A stretch of DNA of 64,000 bases from Octopus vulgaris (GCA_951406725.2 OX597821.1:94054001-94118000), one strand, 5' to 3'; numbered from the stretch's first letter, positions 39,026 through 51,252 are shown. A program made the numbers and translations. The notes: generated from the sequence alone by a model not told the origin.

Positions 39026-40923
39026 TATGTATGTGTGTGTGTGCATTGGTGGGTGGCTGTGTTAGCAATGTGAATGAGTGCTACCATTTTCAATGTTACG
39101 TGAAAGCACGCCCGACTATGAGGCAGTATTATCTAGCTTGGAAACAGGTTAGTGTTGGTAACAGAAAGAGCATCCAGCCAGAAAATATCTGCCTCGACAA
39201 ATCCCATCTGATTCATGCAAGCATGGAAAATTGGACGTTAAAACGATGATAATAATACATGAGTGTGTGTTTAAAACTGTTGATTCACCGGAAGCAATAA
39301 AATACATAAGTGTAGATTATTCTTTAATACATCATAATTGAAAGTTTCTTAATTCCTGTACTCTTTTCGATCATCAGAGAGTTTATCCAAGCCTGCTTTA
39401 TCTACTAAATATTTCTTGTTTAAATATATTTTCAAAATACCTGAAATTTATGAAGAAAATGCTTATCTTTATGACAAAAGAAAACGTGAGCGAAACGTCC
39501 AAACATGGCAGCTTCATGCACACACGTTTTAACCTTCATTTCTGGATCTCGTGGGAATATCCTAAAGGTTTTTAACTTCATATTACACTCACACATACCC
39601 ATGTGCATAAACAATAAAATTAAGTATCAATGGACTGGCGGAATCCTTAGTGTCGACCAGGATGTTTTGCAGAATTTCTTCCGATTATCTGCGTTCTGAG
39701 TTCGAAAGTACACCTGGCCATGAGGCAATATTACCTTGCTTGGAAACAGGTTAGTGTTGGTGACAGAAAGAGCATCCAGCCAGAAAAGATCTGCCTCGAC
39801 AAATCCCATCTGATTCATGTAATCATGCAAAGTTGGACGAAATTTGCTCTGCTTGGGTAATAGGCTTAATGTGTCACTCTGTTTAACATCACCACCTGAC
39901 CGTTGTGTGCCTTTAACAGAGAGATCCACTTTGTTGCAAAGATTGGAATCAGACTTCCAGTTAAAGATAACTCCCTCTCATCAGTTTCAGAAGTCCTGAA
40001 AAGGGACAAGTACACTGTCCTTCCCCTGACTAAATTTTATTTACTATTTCACAAACCGTTACTCCGAGTTTCATGTCAACGATCTTCGGATGATGTAGTG
40101 GAAATGATACACCCCTCTCACGGGGAAAGTGGTATGAACCAGCCACTATAAAGCGAAACGACGTTAACCAAAGTCGTGTCAGTCGTACAAATTCTCAGTT
40201 GGAGTTAAGTGTCAGTTATGTGCTATAGTCAAGTTTGAGTCACAGTCAAGATAGACGGTTCAAAGTCGGTGTCTTGCAGAGCTATCAACGATAGACGAAG
40301 CGGTGTATTACCATTCCGGTATAGAAGAGATACATTGTGTCCGATACCAAGAAAATATCGTGGCTTCTAGAGTAGATACAACAGCTACAGTCATAACAGT
40401 GGCCACACATTATAACTGGAAAACATTACATCATTACAGTGGCGACGAGGATATAATTCACGCGAACGACGTTAAAAAAAAAGAAAAAGATTTTTCACGC
40501 AGAGAAATTAACTCAACAGAGGAATAACAAACGTTTTGTTGTACATATTTTACGAAAAATTCGTAAAATTAGGGAAAACTTACGTTTTCGTTTGACCATG
40601 TAGAAAATTCAATACACGAATCTAAATATATCCCGGAAGAAGAGGTCACCTTCGAGACATATTACCGAAGATTTGAACAAATTTTCGAAAAAGAATACCA
40701 AGACTGGACGGACGAAATGGAAACGCATCGAATTTTGAGGAAACTGGAGACAACAGAGCATAAAAAATACAGTAACTTTATACTGCCTAAAAAAATCTTA
40801 TGAAATAAAATTTTACGGACACAATTGACATTTTACGTAATGTAAGATGGTCAGTGAAAAACACTCGTTCAACAGACATTGAAGTTCTTGAACATTGCGA
40901 AAAGCGATGATGAAGACTTTACT

Positions 40924-41146
40924 AAGGCGGTGAGCTGGCAGAAACGTTAGCGCGCCGGACGAAATGCGCAGCGGTATTTCGTCTGTCGTTACGTTCTGAG
41001 TTCAAATTCCGCCGGGGTCGACTTTGCCTTTCATCCTCTCGGGGTCGATAAATAAAGTACCAGTTACGCACTGGGGTCGATATAATCGACTTAATTCCTT
41101 TGTTTGTCCCCTCTATGTGTAGCCCCTTGTGGGTAGTAAAGAAATA
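40924..41146 (+). mobile_element. SINE family B inside Gypsy gag
   Basis: CpG-intact full-length copy. Confidence 0.85.
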
Positions 41147-41503
41147 TATATTTGTGAGTAGAGTGAACAAAGAATGTGAGATGTTTAAACTGGATAATTC
41201 CAGATTCGTTCAAATGCCTGATTTTCGCACAGGTACTTACTGCTAAAAAGGACGCAGAAGTCAGAACGAAGGTTCTTTGCAAAGCTGGAAATGAATCAGG
41301 ATATCACCCTGCAGAAACTGTCAGAAGAATGCGATATGATATTAAAAGTAAGACAAAACACAGAGGAAATCCAACGCAGAAATTGTTTCCAGGTAAAACC
41401 TGTGCGGAAGTGTTTGAAGACGGATAAAGTAAGGGCTTCACAAAAAACACGATAAACATCAGGATATAAACCCATGTATGGCATGTGGTGGTATGCACCT
41501 GAG

Positions 41504-41744
41504 CTGGCAGAAAGGCGGCGAGCTGGCAGAATCGCTAGCAGGTCGGGCGAAATGCTTAGCGGTATTTCGGCTGCCGTTACGTTCTGAGTTCAAATTCCGC
41601 CGACGTCGACTTTGCCTTTCATCCTTTCGGGGTCGATAAATTAAGTACCAGTTACGCACTGGGGTCGATATAATCGACTTAATACCTATGTCTGTCCTTG
41701 TTTGTCCCCTCTGTGTTTAGCCCCTTGTGGGTAATAAAGAAATA
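41504..41744 (+). mobile_element. SINE family B inside the Gypsy zinc knuckle
   Basis: TSD GGTATGCACCTGAG at about 41490-41503 and 41745-41758. Confidence 0.85.
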
Positions 41745-42036
41745 GGTATGCACCTGAGGAAAGATTGTGCATTCAAAAAGCGAAGTGCTTTCGTTGTAGG
41801 AATACAGGACATATTAAATCACACCGAGAAAAAATAATTTGTCAGCAGAAAAAAAAGTTAATACAAACTGAAAATTCGTCAAGGTGAAGATCGAAACGAC
41901 AAGTGTCAAAATGCAATTAGACTCAGGTAGTGGCATCACTACCATAAATGTAAAAACATGGAAACAAATCGGTAAGCGGAAATTATTTAGATCAAATGAA
42001 GTAGCATATGGCGTTACTGGAGGGAAATTATATTTT

Positions 42037-44056
42037 GAATTTTATTCAAGCCACAAGGGCCAACCACAGAGGGGACAATACAAAAATGAATGCGGAGTCA
42101 GGGTAACGAATGTGATTACACAAAAATGAAGTTAAAAAATCTATGAATATAAGCAATGAAAAGACGGACAATAAAACAGTACAACGGAGTGGGGGAACGG
42201 TTACGACCCCGCAAGACACGTTCCTCCACTGAGCCTTCTTATTTACCTTTTATGGATGCACTCACGTAGGACCTTTCATTCCCACTTGCTTCTATCTTTT
42301 ACCGTACATGTCCGACGCACTTCCTTTCTAGCCTTATCTTCCTTCATAGCAGGAAGATAAAAAAAGTTGACCAAACATTGGCCAGAAATGAAAGTGACTG
42401 TCACCAATCCTTTCGTCCTTGTCTTCCGTATTGCCTCTTTCGTTATAGCGACCACAATGAGCAAACAAACCTTACCTACTCTGTTCAGAGAGGGAGGTGG
42501 TATAATGTTTATCACAGACTCGGACGACAACTGTACTCTTCCAAGCCGTGACAGCAGTCGTTAGACGTAAACCTACAACTCTGAAATCCTCGCACACTGC
42601 CAAATTGCGTGCGGAACAGTTTCACTGTCCCGCACACTTCTGGGGCAGGTGGGTAAGCATGAGGCACCATGCTTTGCGAGTTTATCGTAAACTGGTAAGG
42701 CTCCTCGGTAAGATTGCCAGGCCCGAACGTATTTTGGAACAGGATGGCTGTTTGACCTTCGTCGAAGCCCAGGGTTTCCCCCAGTGCATCATCACACTTG
42801 TCCTCTACTAACCCTCTATAGAACGACGAGGTGGAACCTACGCTACCAGTATTGCCCGTGCGACAGAAGAGCGCGAGGACCTTGCGACACTCGGCCTGCC
42901 AAGCACCCAAATTTGGTCTACGTTTGATCCATGGTTCTAGTTCACTAAAACTAGTGAGTCTAAGAAACAACAGTTTGACGAACGGAGACCACACCCGTTC
43001 AACATTCAGGTAAAGCCAAATATGCCTTAACCTCAGCGCGTGCTTGCGCATCATCAGCTACGGCATCCCTAGCCCACACTTTAGTGGTTGTTGGCAACAG
43101 ATAGAGCGCCTTACAAGAGGTCCTCTGCCCTTCCACAAAAAGTGAAAGAGCAATCGTTCCATCTTGCTTAGCCACGAATCGGGGCAAAGCACGACAGTCA
43201 GGCGGTATGTGATCACAGATGCGATAAACACATTTGCAACCTTCGCCCTTCCTTTCATGGATAGCCATCGCCCAAACCAGGTCTGTGTTAGATGGGCCGC
43301 CCTGCTTGTGACCTCGCTCCAATTTTTCTCTAACTGGAGGTCTGGCCCAAATCAGACCCCGAGCATTTTCACTGGCCCGTCTGTCCAACGTCCCATGACG
43401 TTGTTGGACGGCATCTACTTGCCTCTTCAAGTGCCGAGCTGCAAGCCGAATGACTTTTCCCGGTTGATTTTTGCTCCTGCCACCACCTCATATTCTTTAA
43501 CGGCTTCACCTACCCACTGTCGGTGTCACGCCTCAGATATGATGATGGTGATGTCATCCGCGTACGCCATTACTGATCTTCCACAACCTAGATCTCGCGG
43601 GAAGCCACTCATACCTTCCAACTTCCGCAGTAAAGGCTCAAGAGCCAGCACATACAGAAGAGGGAAGAGCGGACATCCTTGACGAACTGAGCGCTTAATA
43701 GAGAACGGCTCCGATAAGAAACCGTTCACTCGAACGATCGAGTCATTGTTGCCGAATAAAGCTATGATCGAAACGCAAAAGATCGGACCCAGCCCAACTG
43801 CCGCAAGAACCATCATCAGATACCGATGGTCGACCTTATCGAAAGCTTTAGCCTGGTCTAAATGTACCAGCGCCTCGCCCTTGCCAGATACCCTATTAAC
43901 CGCTCTAAGGTATAGCGTATAAGATGGAGATTGTCGTGTGTGGACTCGCCCGGGACTGCACAGGTTTGTGCCTCACCGACAAGTCTACCCACGACCTGCG
44001 CCAATCTTTTTGCTAGTACCTTGGCCAAAATCTTCAGCTCTGCATTAAGCAGAGTA
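42037..44056 (-). mobile_element. 5'-truncated Tx1/L1-clade LINE (ORF2 RT to 3' end) inserted in the Gypsy protease region
   Basis: LDQAKAFDKVDH, SVRQGCPL.PLLYVLALEPL, AYADDITI, LFHFLWKG motifs. AATAAA at the 3' end. 14-bp TSD GGAAATTATATTTT at 42023-42036 and 44057-44070. Confidence 0.92.
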
Positions 44057-44480
44057 GGAAATTATATTTTATCGGCCAATGCGTTTGCAATGTAACTTTT
44101 CGAGGTAAAACGAAAACGGCAATAAATGTGCTGAAAAAAAAAATCATTAAACTTATTTGGCACAGAATGCATGAAGTTATTTGAAATGTGGGATACCCCT
44201 ATAAGTGTTCTCTGTGAAAATGTAGTTGGGACAGTCAAAGGCTCGAATGAAGCCGAAGTACTGCGACAAAAAATAAAATAATTTCCAAATGTTTTTTTTC
44301 TTTTTGAAGGATTGGGCTGTTGCACTAACAAAGTGAGGATTGCCGTAAAAGAAGATGCAATACTTGTTTTCTTTGCCTAAATGGAGCATGTCAACACGCC
44401 TAAATGGAGAGGTCAACAAAGATTTGAAGTCTAGCTATAATTGAGAAAATCGACCAATCAAACTGGGCGGCACCGACGGT

Positions 44481-44702
44481 TTTACTCTTTACTCTTTTAC
44501 TTGTTTCAGTCATTTGACTGCGGCCATGCTGGAGCACCGCCTTTAATCGAGCAACTCGACCCCGGGACTTATTCTTTTTGTAAGCCCATTACTTATTCTA
44601 TCGGTCTCTTTTGCCGAACCGCTAAGTAACGGGGACATAAACACACCAGCATCGGTTGTCAAGCAATGCTAGAGGGACAAACACAGACACACAAGCACAC
44701 AC

Positions 44703-44737
<35 letters not shown>

Positions 44738-44903
44738 TATATACGACAGGCTTCTTTCAGTTTCCGTCTACCAAATCCACTCACAAGGCTTTGGTCAGCC
44801 CGAGGCTATAGTAGAAGACACTTGCCCAAGGTGCCACGCAGTGGGACTGAACCCGGAACTGTGTGGTTGATAGACAAGCTACTTACCACACAGCCACTCC
44901 TGC
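44481..44903 (-). mobile_element. SINE family A inside the Gypsy RT start
   Basis: Removing it restores WAAPT-VYVQKK. Confidence 0.85.
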
Positions 44904-45576
44904 GGTTTATGTACAAAAAAAAAAGTGCCAGGAAGGACATATCAAAAGTTTTCAAAATCGGTGATAAGGTCGTATAAAAACGGAAAACAGTACTGGTAAG
45001 AAAGCGAAATTACAATTACAAAGTACATAGGAAGTATGGGATAAAAACTAAAAAAAAAAAGTATTGAAAAGAGACACAGAAACCAATTAAAGAGATTCGT
45101 AGAAAATGAACCAAACAGATTGGAAGTACCTATGGAAAGGCTGCATGACACATTCCAGGTACCAACACCGTTACAGGTGGTTGAACTCACGCGTACAAGT
45201 GGGAGAAAACGAACACGGAGTTCCTAAAAATAGACGCCAAAAATCTTTGAATAGTATAGGAGGTGACAGACTCTGGAAAATTAAGTTGTACAAAAAAAAA
45301 AGAACTCAAAAAAGGGACGTGTGATGAATGAAGTTGTAATGACCGTAGATGCGTGTTTTAAGTCGGGTCACCAATATATAATTGCCGTGGCGATAGTTCT
45401 TTAGACTGGGTCATCAGTCTGTAAGGGCCGTGCGACGCGAGGTGACGGGAATGGTTCTTTTGTACCACATCACACAGCTGTTACAATGAAGAGAAATTGA
45501 ATAGAACAAATAAATGCCAGATGGAATGAGATACAACGGCGTAAGAATGAATGAGAGAATATTTATTGATGCGATA

Positions 45577-45897
45577 GTGGAAGCACTCCGTCGGTTACGA
45601 TGATGAGGGTTCCGGTTGATCCGAATCAACGGAACAGCCTGCTCGTGAAATTAACGTGTAAGTGGCTGAGCACTCCACAGACACGTGCACCCTTAACGTA
45701 GTTCTCGGGGATATTCAGCGTGACACAGAGAGTGACAAGGCCGGCCCCTTGAAATACAGGTACAACAGAAACAGGAAGTAAGAGTGAGAGAAAGTTGTGG
45801 TGAAAGAGTACAGCAGGGATCACCACCATCCCCTGCCGGAGCCTCATGGAGCTTTTAGGTGCTTTCGCTCAATAAACACTCACAACGCCCAGTCTGG
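45577..45897 (-). mobile_element. tRNA-derived SINE family D (head truncated)
   Basis: Body matches the full copies at 49713-50098 and 52471-52843. Confidence 0.8.
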
Positions 45898-46028
45898 TTG
45901 ATGCGATAACATGTGTGTTTGTTTGAGCGTCATGTATACAGAATAATTGACAGGCCGTCATGGGAACAAAGTGTATGTGTGTGTGTGTGCATGAATGGAT
46001 GTATGCGCGTGTTAAAGGGCATATCTCT

Positions 46029-46236
46029 CTTTACTCTCTTACTTGTTTCAGTCATTTGACTGCGGCCATGCTGGAGCACCGCCTTTAGTCGAGCAAATCG
46101 ACCCCGGGACTTATTCTTTGTAAGCCCAGTACTTATTCTATCGGTCTCTTTTGCCGAACCGCTAAGTGACGGGGACGTAAACACACCGGCATCGGTTGTC
46201 AAGCAATGCTAGGGGGACAAACACAGACACAAACAT

Positions 46237-46310
<74 letters not shown>

Positions 46311-46461
46311 GACAAGTTTCTTTCAGTTTCCGTCTACCAAATCCAATCACAAGGCATTGGTCAGCCCGAGGCTATAGTAGAAGACACTTGCCTAAGACGC
46401 CACGCAGTGGGACTGAACCCGGAACCATGTGGTTGGTTAGCAAGCTACTTACCACACAGCC
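46029..46461 (-). mobile_element. SINE family A
   Basis: Reverse-complement copy with long internal (TA)n. Confidence 0.85.
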
Positions 46462-46539
46462 GATGGCAAAAAAAGAAAATAGTGAAAATGTTTATAGCCA
46501 TCGAAGCCAGAAGTTCATAGACACAAGAAAGATAATACC

Positions 46540-47330
46540 AGTTTGTAACCAGACGTACACGGTAGTTGAAATACTGTATCAAGAAGTTGTGGCTATGATG
46601 CTGAGCCGGTTACAGGTACACGTCGTACGGGAAGGCGTGGCTGTGATACTGCTGCCTGGGTCACTTGTACAGGAGCTCATGCAGGTTGTATATTCGCTGT
46701 TGATCCCTAGTGAAATGAGGCTTGAATCTGGATAAGTTGCTTGCTGATCTGAGTACGCCTCTTTATTTCCCTCCTCTTCTGGGGTCTTTTCCCCCTCAGC
46801 GTCCTTCTGTGTAGGCGAGCACTTGGATCTCAGGTGTCCCTCTTTGCCACATTTGAAACACCTGGGTCTTCTCCCCTTCACATATACCGCCAGCACGGTT
46901 TCCTCTCCGATGTAAATTTTCTCGAGGAGGTTTTCGAGGTCGATGGACGTAGCCTGAGCCAGAATTTCCAGAGTCTGTCACCTCCAATTCTGTGGAACGT
47001 CTCTGGAAATCTAGATGATGTTTATCTTTTCCTCTATCTCAAATAAGAGAATGGCTATAATCCACGCGACCTCCACCTCGTTAGAATTTTTTTTCTTATC
47101 TGGGATGTTCTACGTCCCAGATATAATGGCAGAAGAGCCATATGTTCATTTCTTTCATGACTGGTCCAAGGCATTTTTCGGTTGTGCTTTCCTCAAATTG
47201 TTCTAATATTTTGTTAATAACATCCTAAGTTTTATAGATAATTGTCCTTTCTTTAGTTTTGTTTATTACTTCGTTTGGGGGAGCAATTTTACTCTCCCCG
47301 TTTTCTTCCGTAATCATTCCAAAGATTGAT
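46540..47330 (-). mobile_element. Tx1/L1-type ORF1 relic with CCHC zinc knuckle
   Basis: VYVKGRRPRCFKCGKEGHLRSKC (Cx2Cx4Hx4C), frameshifted upstream. Not contiguous with the TSD-bounded ORF2 copy. Confidence 0.7.
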
Positions 47331-47416
47331 TGTATGTCTTTTTCAAGGATATTATTTCACTTCCTCCAACAACGGAGGCAAAATTCTTTTTAACACTTTT
47401 TCTTCAATCAAAGATT

Positions 47417-47463
<47 letters not shown>

Positions 47464-47629
47464 GTTGTATACTGTCAATCTAACACGAACGTGACAGTAG
47501 GGGGGTACACCACCGCTGTATAGCCCTAGGAAGCATCGACGCCTCCTGATGGCTTTGACACATTTTCCCTGTGTCCTTATATACATTTACGAAGGGGAGA
47601 CAAACACCCCCGGCCGCCCGGGCTGCATC

Positions 47630-47670
47630 TAGGGACACGTGTTTCAGGATGATTGTCCTTCGTCGACCTA
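47630..47670 (-). ncRNA. Minimal type I hammerhead ribozyme motif (Penelope-type, palindromic stem III)
   Basis: Minus strand: TAGG-TCGACGA-AGGA-CAATCA-TCCT-GAAA-CACGTG-TC-CCTA. All three stems pair. Core deviates from CUGANGA at positions 3 and 4. Lies in a ~215-bp insert (47459-47672) between TA repeats. Confidence 0.65.
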
Positions 47671-48049
47671 TGTATATATAAGAAAAAGAAACAACAAATG
47701 TTTCAAAATGTTCCGACACGCCAACACAGTTCGAAATACACAGAAAACACTATTCAAAGATTAACAAAAAGTTCACAAATCCTTCCCCCTTAGGAGAGGA
47801 TAACAGTTTCACAGTGGGTTTTTTTTTCATACACTAATGTTCAACAACGTTTCTCTTACGGGAAACCACTGCAAATAAAATAAACAAATCCTGCGAGCAG
47901 GCAACAAATTCAAAAACAAACCTTGCGGTTAACGGTGTAATTACAAGTTGCTCTAGAACAGAATGATTGCAACAACCAAAGACACCGGAACGAGGAAAAC
48001 TGAGCTCTTAAAAGGAGCTTTAGTCTAAAACAGGCTATTAAACAGGCTG

Positions 48050-48690
48050 TCCCACGTGATCCTATTTAGAGCCTCTGACTGGTTATACACGGCAAGCTGT
48101 TGCAATCGAGGAGATAAATTGCGCCCATACCAACCAATCAGAGTAGTGGACACGACGTGATCCAAATAGTGGCCAATTCAGGTACATATAATAAATGGGA
48201 GAGCGGAAAAAAGGGACTTCTACAAATCTAAGTGCATATGGGTTTAGAAGGAATCTAAATTCTTTGAAAATACTCTTTTTAAGATACACTTGAGTATTTT
48301 AGAAATGGCGAACCCATATAAACACGGTTCTTACCACAATTCCATTATGTGTTTAGTATGCTGAAGCAATAAATTTGTAGTGACGCCAGGTTTTAGACGC
48401 CATTTTGGGATGTCCATCTGTGCATGTGCAATATTTGGTGTCTTCGTAGGCCGCCGGAAGTCTCCTGATGCGCATGCGCAGTTATCAGGAGCAGTTAGCC
48501 TTTCCCGCTATTCCAAGCCTTTTGGCTCTTGGCGGTCGATGAATTAAGACGTGTCCCGACAAAGCTCCGAGCGAAGGGGCGAACCAGACTCGAAGGCCGA
48601 GCCAGACTTCGCGGGCGGCGAAGGCTGTTTTAACCATGGTAGTTTAATCCGACTCTGTTGCCTTTCTAACCCAGGCGTCCATGCAACCGA
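48050..48690. promoter_or_regulatory. CpG-rich promoter-like module
   Basis: CACGTG 48053, CCAAT 48134 and 48173, YY1-like AAATGGCG 48303 and CGCCATTTT 48398, ETS CCGGAAGT 48454, NRF1 TGCGCATGCGCA 48469, pyrimidine CCTTTCCC 48499. Confidence 0.6.
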
Positions 48691-49712
48691 TGACCAGCGA
48701 TGAAGTATCTCCTTCTGTGAAAATAATAAATTATTATTGTTATTTGTTCAGCTATTCGTGTTCCTGCCGTTTTATTCCTTTCTACAACATCGTAGGGAAA
48801 TGTGTGATGCACCCTACAAATGCAGATATCACACAGATAGATAACAAAAATCCTATAAATTCTTTAATCTTTTCAACATACTTTTGCATTGAATCTTAAA
48901 TCGGTACTTTTGAATCTCTGCAAATAGGTCTCGAAATATTTATTTTTCAAACTGTTTGCTACCCAGTTGACGATGTAACATGTTCTACAAGGAATGTGTT
49001 GGATTTTAAAGCTGCCTATTTCATTTTTGTTCTTGGATTTTGAACTTTTAATCTTTTCTTGTTTTGCCAATTTTCATCTGACTTTTCTCAGTGGTTGCTT
49101 TCATTGTCTAACGCTTGGACCAGATATTGACCTATTAGTTTTGTTCTGTCCCTGCTCTTTAGACTGGATTTTAATATCTCGTTCACCGTGTGAACGTTAT
49201 AATGTAACATCTGAATGATTTTGTGAAACAGTGCATGTGTCTGTGTGTTAGTTTTTTTCTATTTCCAGCCTTGTATTTCAGTAAGTCTTGTGTGCTCGCC
49301 TTGTTTCATGTGTTCGTTTTTTTGAGTGAATATGTGATCGATGTTTCTAACTAGTGGACATACTTTTTTCCTCGCTCTTTCTCACTTACACATTTCTTTC
49401 CCCCCTTCCCTCTCTTCCCTTCTCCATTTTCCCCATCGATGTTCCAACATTATATTTATTTATTTACTTAGAATCTTTGACGTTTGTATGATTCCGCCAA
49501 GAATTCTTTTCACTTCCAAAATTATGGGCGTCCTTTACCCACTCAACGATAGATATTATTTCTTCATTGATTCCGTCTTTAAATATCTTTGTACTTTTCC
49601 AACTGCTTCATTTTCGATGACAATCGGTAATGTGTAACTCGGAGTAATGATTTGCAGGATTTTTCAGCTTCAAAGAAAATTCGATGTATGGTGTGTGTGT
49701 GTGTGTGTGGTT

Positions 49713-50098
49713 GCTGGAAGCACTCCGTCGGTTACGACGATGAGGGTTCCGGTTGATCCGAATCAACGGAACAGCCTGCTCGTGAAATTAACGTGTAAGT
49801 GGCTGAGCACTCCACAGACACGTGTACCCTTAACGTAGTTCTCGGGGATATTCAGCGTGACACAGAGAGTGACAAGGCCGGCCCTTTGAAATACAGGTAC
49901 AACAGAAACAGGAAGAAAGAGTGAGAGAAAGTTGTGGTGAAAGAGTACAGCAGGGATCACCACCATCCTCTGCCGGAGCCTCGTGGAGCTTTAGGTGTTT
50001 TCGCTCAATAAACACTCACAACGCCCGGTCTGGGAATCGAAACCGCGATCCTATGACCGCGAGTCCGCTGCCCTAACCACTGGGCCATTGCGCCTCCG
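49713..50098 (-). mobile_element. tRNA-derived SINE family D
   Basis: Minus-strand head GGAGGCGCAATGGCCCAGTGGTTAGGG ... GGTTTCGATTCC with A and B boxes. Variants at about 51950-52178 and 56286-56612. Confidence 0.85.
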
Positions 50099-50608
50099 TG
50101 TGGTTGTTACTGCACTATTCACAGCTGTCGCCACCAGGTCTCACCAAAGCCTCATTTATAGTATAAAATATCACCAGCGCAGTTCTCGTTCCTGGCATCG
50201 GAGGACATTCAGTAACATAGCCAAACTTCGTCCCTAGTCTCTGACTCACACTCGTATTCCCTCGCTCTGTCTTTTCTACCATTACTATAATGGCCTCTGT
50301 TCCTCGGAATGACTGGTCCTGTACATCCACCATTCAGAGACACCACTTCTCTCTCTCCATCCCTCATCACCCTTTTTGCATCCACCTACCATCAACCCCA
50401 CAGTAATGATTAAGTCCAGTCCTTTTACAGCACGTGGGTCTTCTGAAATCTTCTCCTTACTCCTGTCTTTCTTGCAAGTGCTGACCAGCAATAGCTTAAA
50501 TGGAACATTGATGGTGTCGACCTCACTGGCCTCAGGAAAGCTACAAGAACCATAGGCTGCTCCTTCCTCCAGACACAACCAGTAAAAAATGTTTTTTAAA
50601 TAAATCTC

Positions 50609-50639
<31 letters not shown>

Positions 50640-50798
50640 CAATGCATGTAAAACAATAAATAAAGAACGAAGCCGTTGGGTGGGTTCAGTTTTTTTTAAC
50701 CTTTTGAAAATGAAAATAATGAAGGCTGAGAAATCATGAAAAAACCCGTATGTATTTGGTGCCAATATAGTAAGTTTCTTGGGCCTGTGCCATCGGAT

Positions 50799-50981
50799 TC
50801 AAGGAATGGTCCTGTTCAAAATACAGTGAAGTCTTGCTTGCCAGCCAGGAACGTGTGGATTTATTATTCTTATCGTTCTTCTTGAATTCTTCATTTGATG
50901 AAGAGCTTCTTGAAACCCTTTGTCGCCAGAAAATATTGTGAATTGGACATGTTTCGGAAGCAGCTCGTCCATCTTGCCAAT
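50799..50981 (-). CDS. Last exon of PIN-like gene: IGKMDELLPKHVQFTIFSGDKGFQEALHQMKNSRRTIRIINPHVPGWQARLHCILNRTIP*
   Basis: cttttctctgtag acceptor, 183 nt ending in TGA. G.MDE.LPK...FTI.SGD.GF...INPH parallels the ZNF451 C-terminus. Confidence 0.9.
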   Translation of the reverse strand: MGKMDELLPKHVQFTIFSGDKGFQEALHQMKNSRRTIRIINPHVPGWQARLHCILNRTIP

Positions 50982-51252
50982 CTACAGAGAAAAGCAAGGT
51001 CGGTTTTAACGATAAAATGATTAAACAGCTAAGTTTAGTAGCAAAGGAAAGGACACATTGAGAATTTAAAGACACGGCTTTAGGAGGTCACAAGATCTTT
51101 AATTTGGAGGACAGTAACAATAGAGTAAATCAACCACAGCACTTTATTGGCATTTTATTTTATCAATCTCGGAAAGACGAATGGTTAGTCTCTGGGATTT
51201 GAACTTAGAACGTAAAAGAAACTTAGAAAATAAATGCGTCACATAGGCGCAT

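Larger units (their letters stand above)
40094..45474 (+). mobile_element. Degenerate, internally deleted Gypsy/Ty3 LTR retrotransposon with nested insertions
   Basis: LTR TGTAGTG...CATTACA (40094-40438), PBS TGGCGACGAGG (40440-40450), gag-like FETYYRRFEQIFEKEYQDWTDE, zinc-knuckle remnants (~41470-41830), protease MQLDSGS (~41911), RT start WAAPTVYV, purine tract, then TGTGATG...CATCACA (45320-45474). Confidence 0.8.

Noticed and set aside
44481-44903. SINE-SINE recombination as the cause of the Gypsy internal deletion
   Set aside because: The RT frame WAAPT-VYVQKK continues across the SINE with a short direct repeat, so the deletion junction lies downstream of it.
42037-47330. One full-length Tx1 element spanning the ORF1 and ORF2 relics
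   Set aside because: The ORF2 piece is bounded by its own 14-bp TSD inside the Gypsy element, so ORF1 belongs to a separate insertion.
48639-48674. ATG|GT ... CAG as a first intron of a TOP gene
   Set aside because: The intron would be only about 36 nt and no downstream coding exons were found.
48660-48680. CTAACCC as a telomerase RNA template behind the orphan promoter
   Set aside because: Only a 7-nt match, and no recognisable pseudoknot, CR4/5 or H/ACA domain downstream.
49990-50098. tRNA gene
   Set aside because: It is the tRNA-derived head of a multi-copy SINE, continuous with the SINE body.
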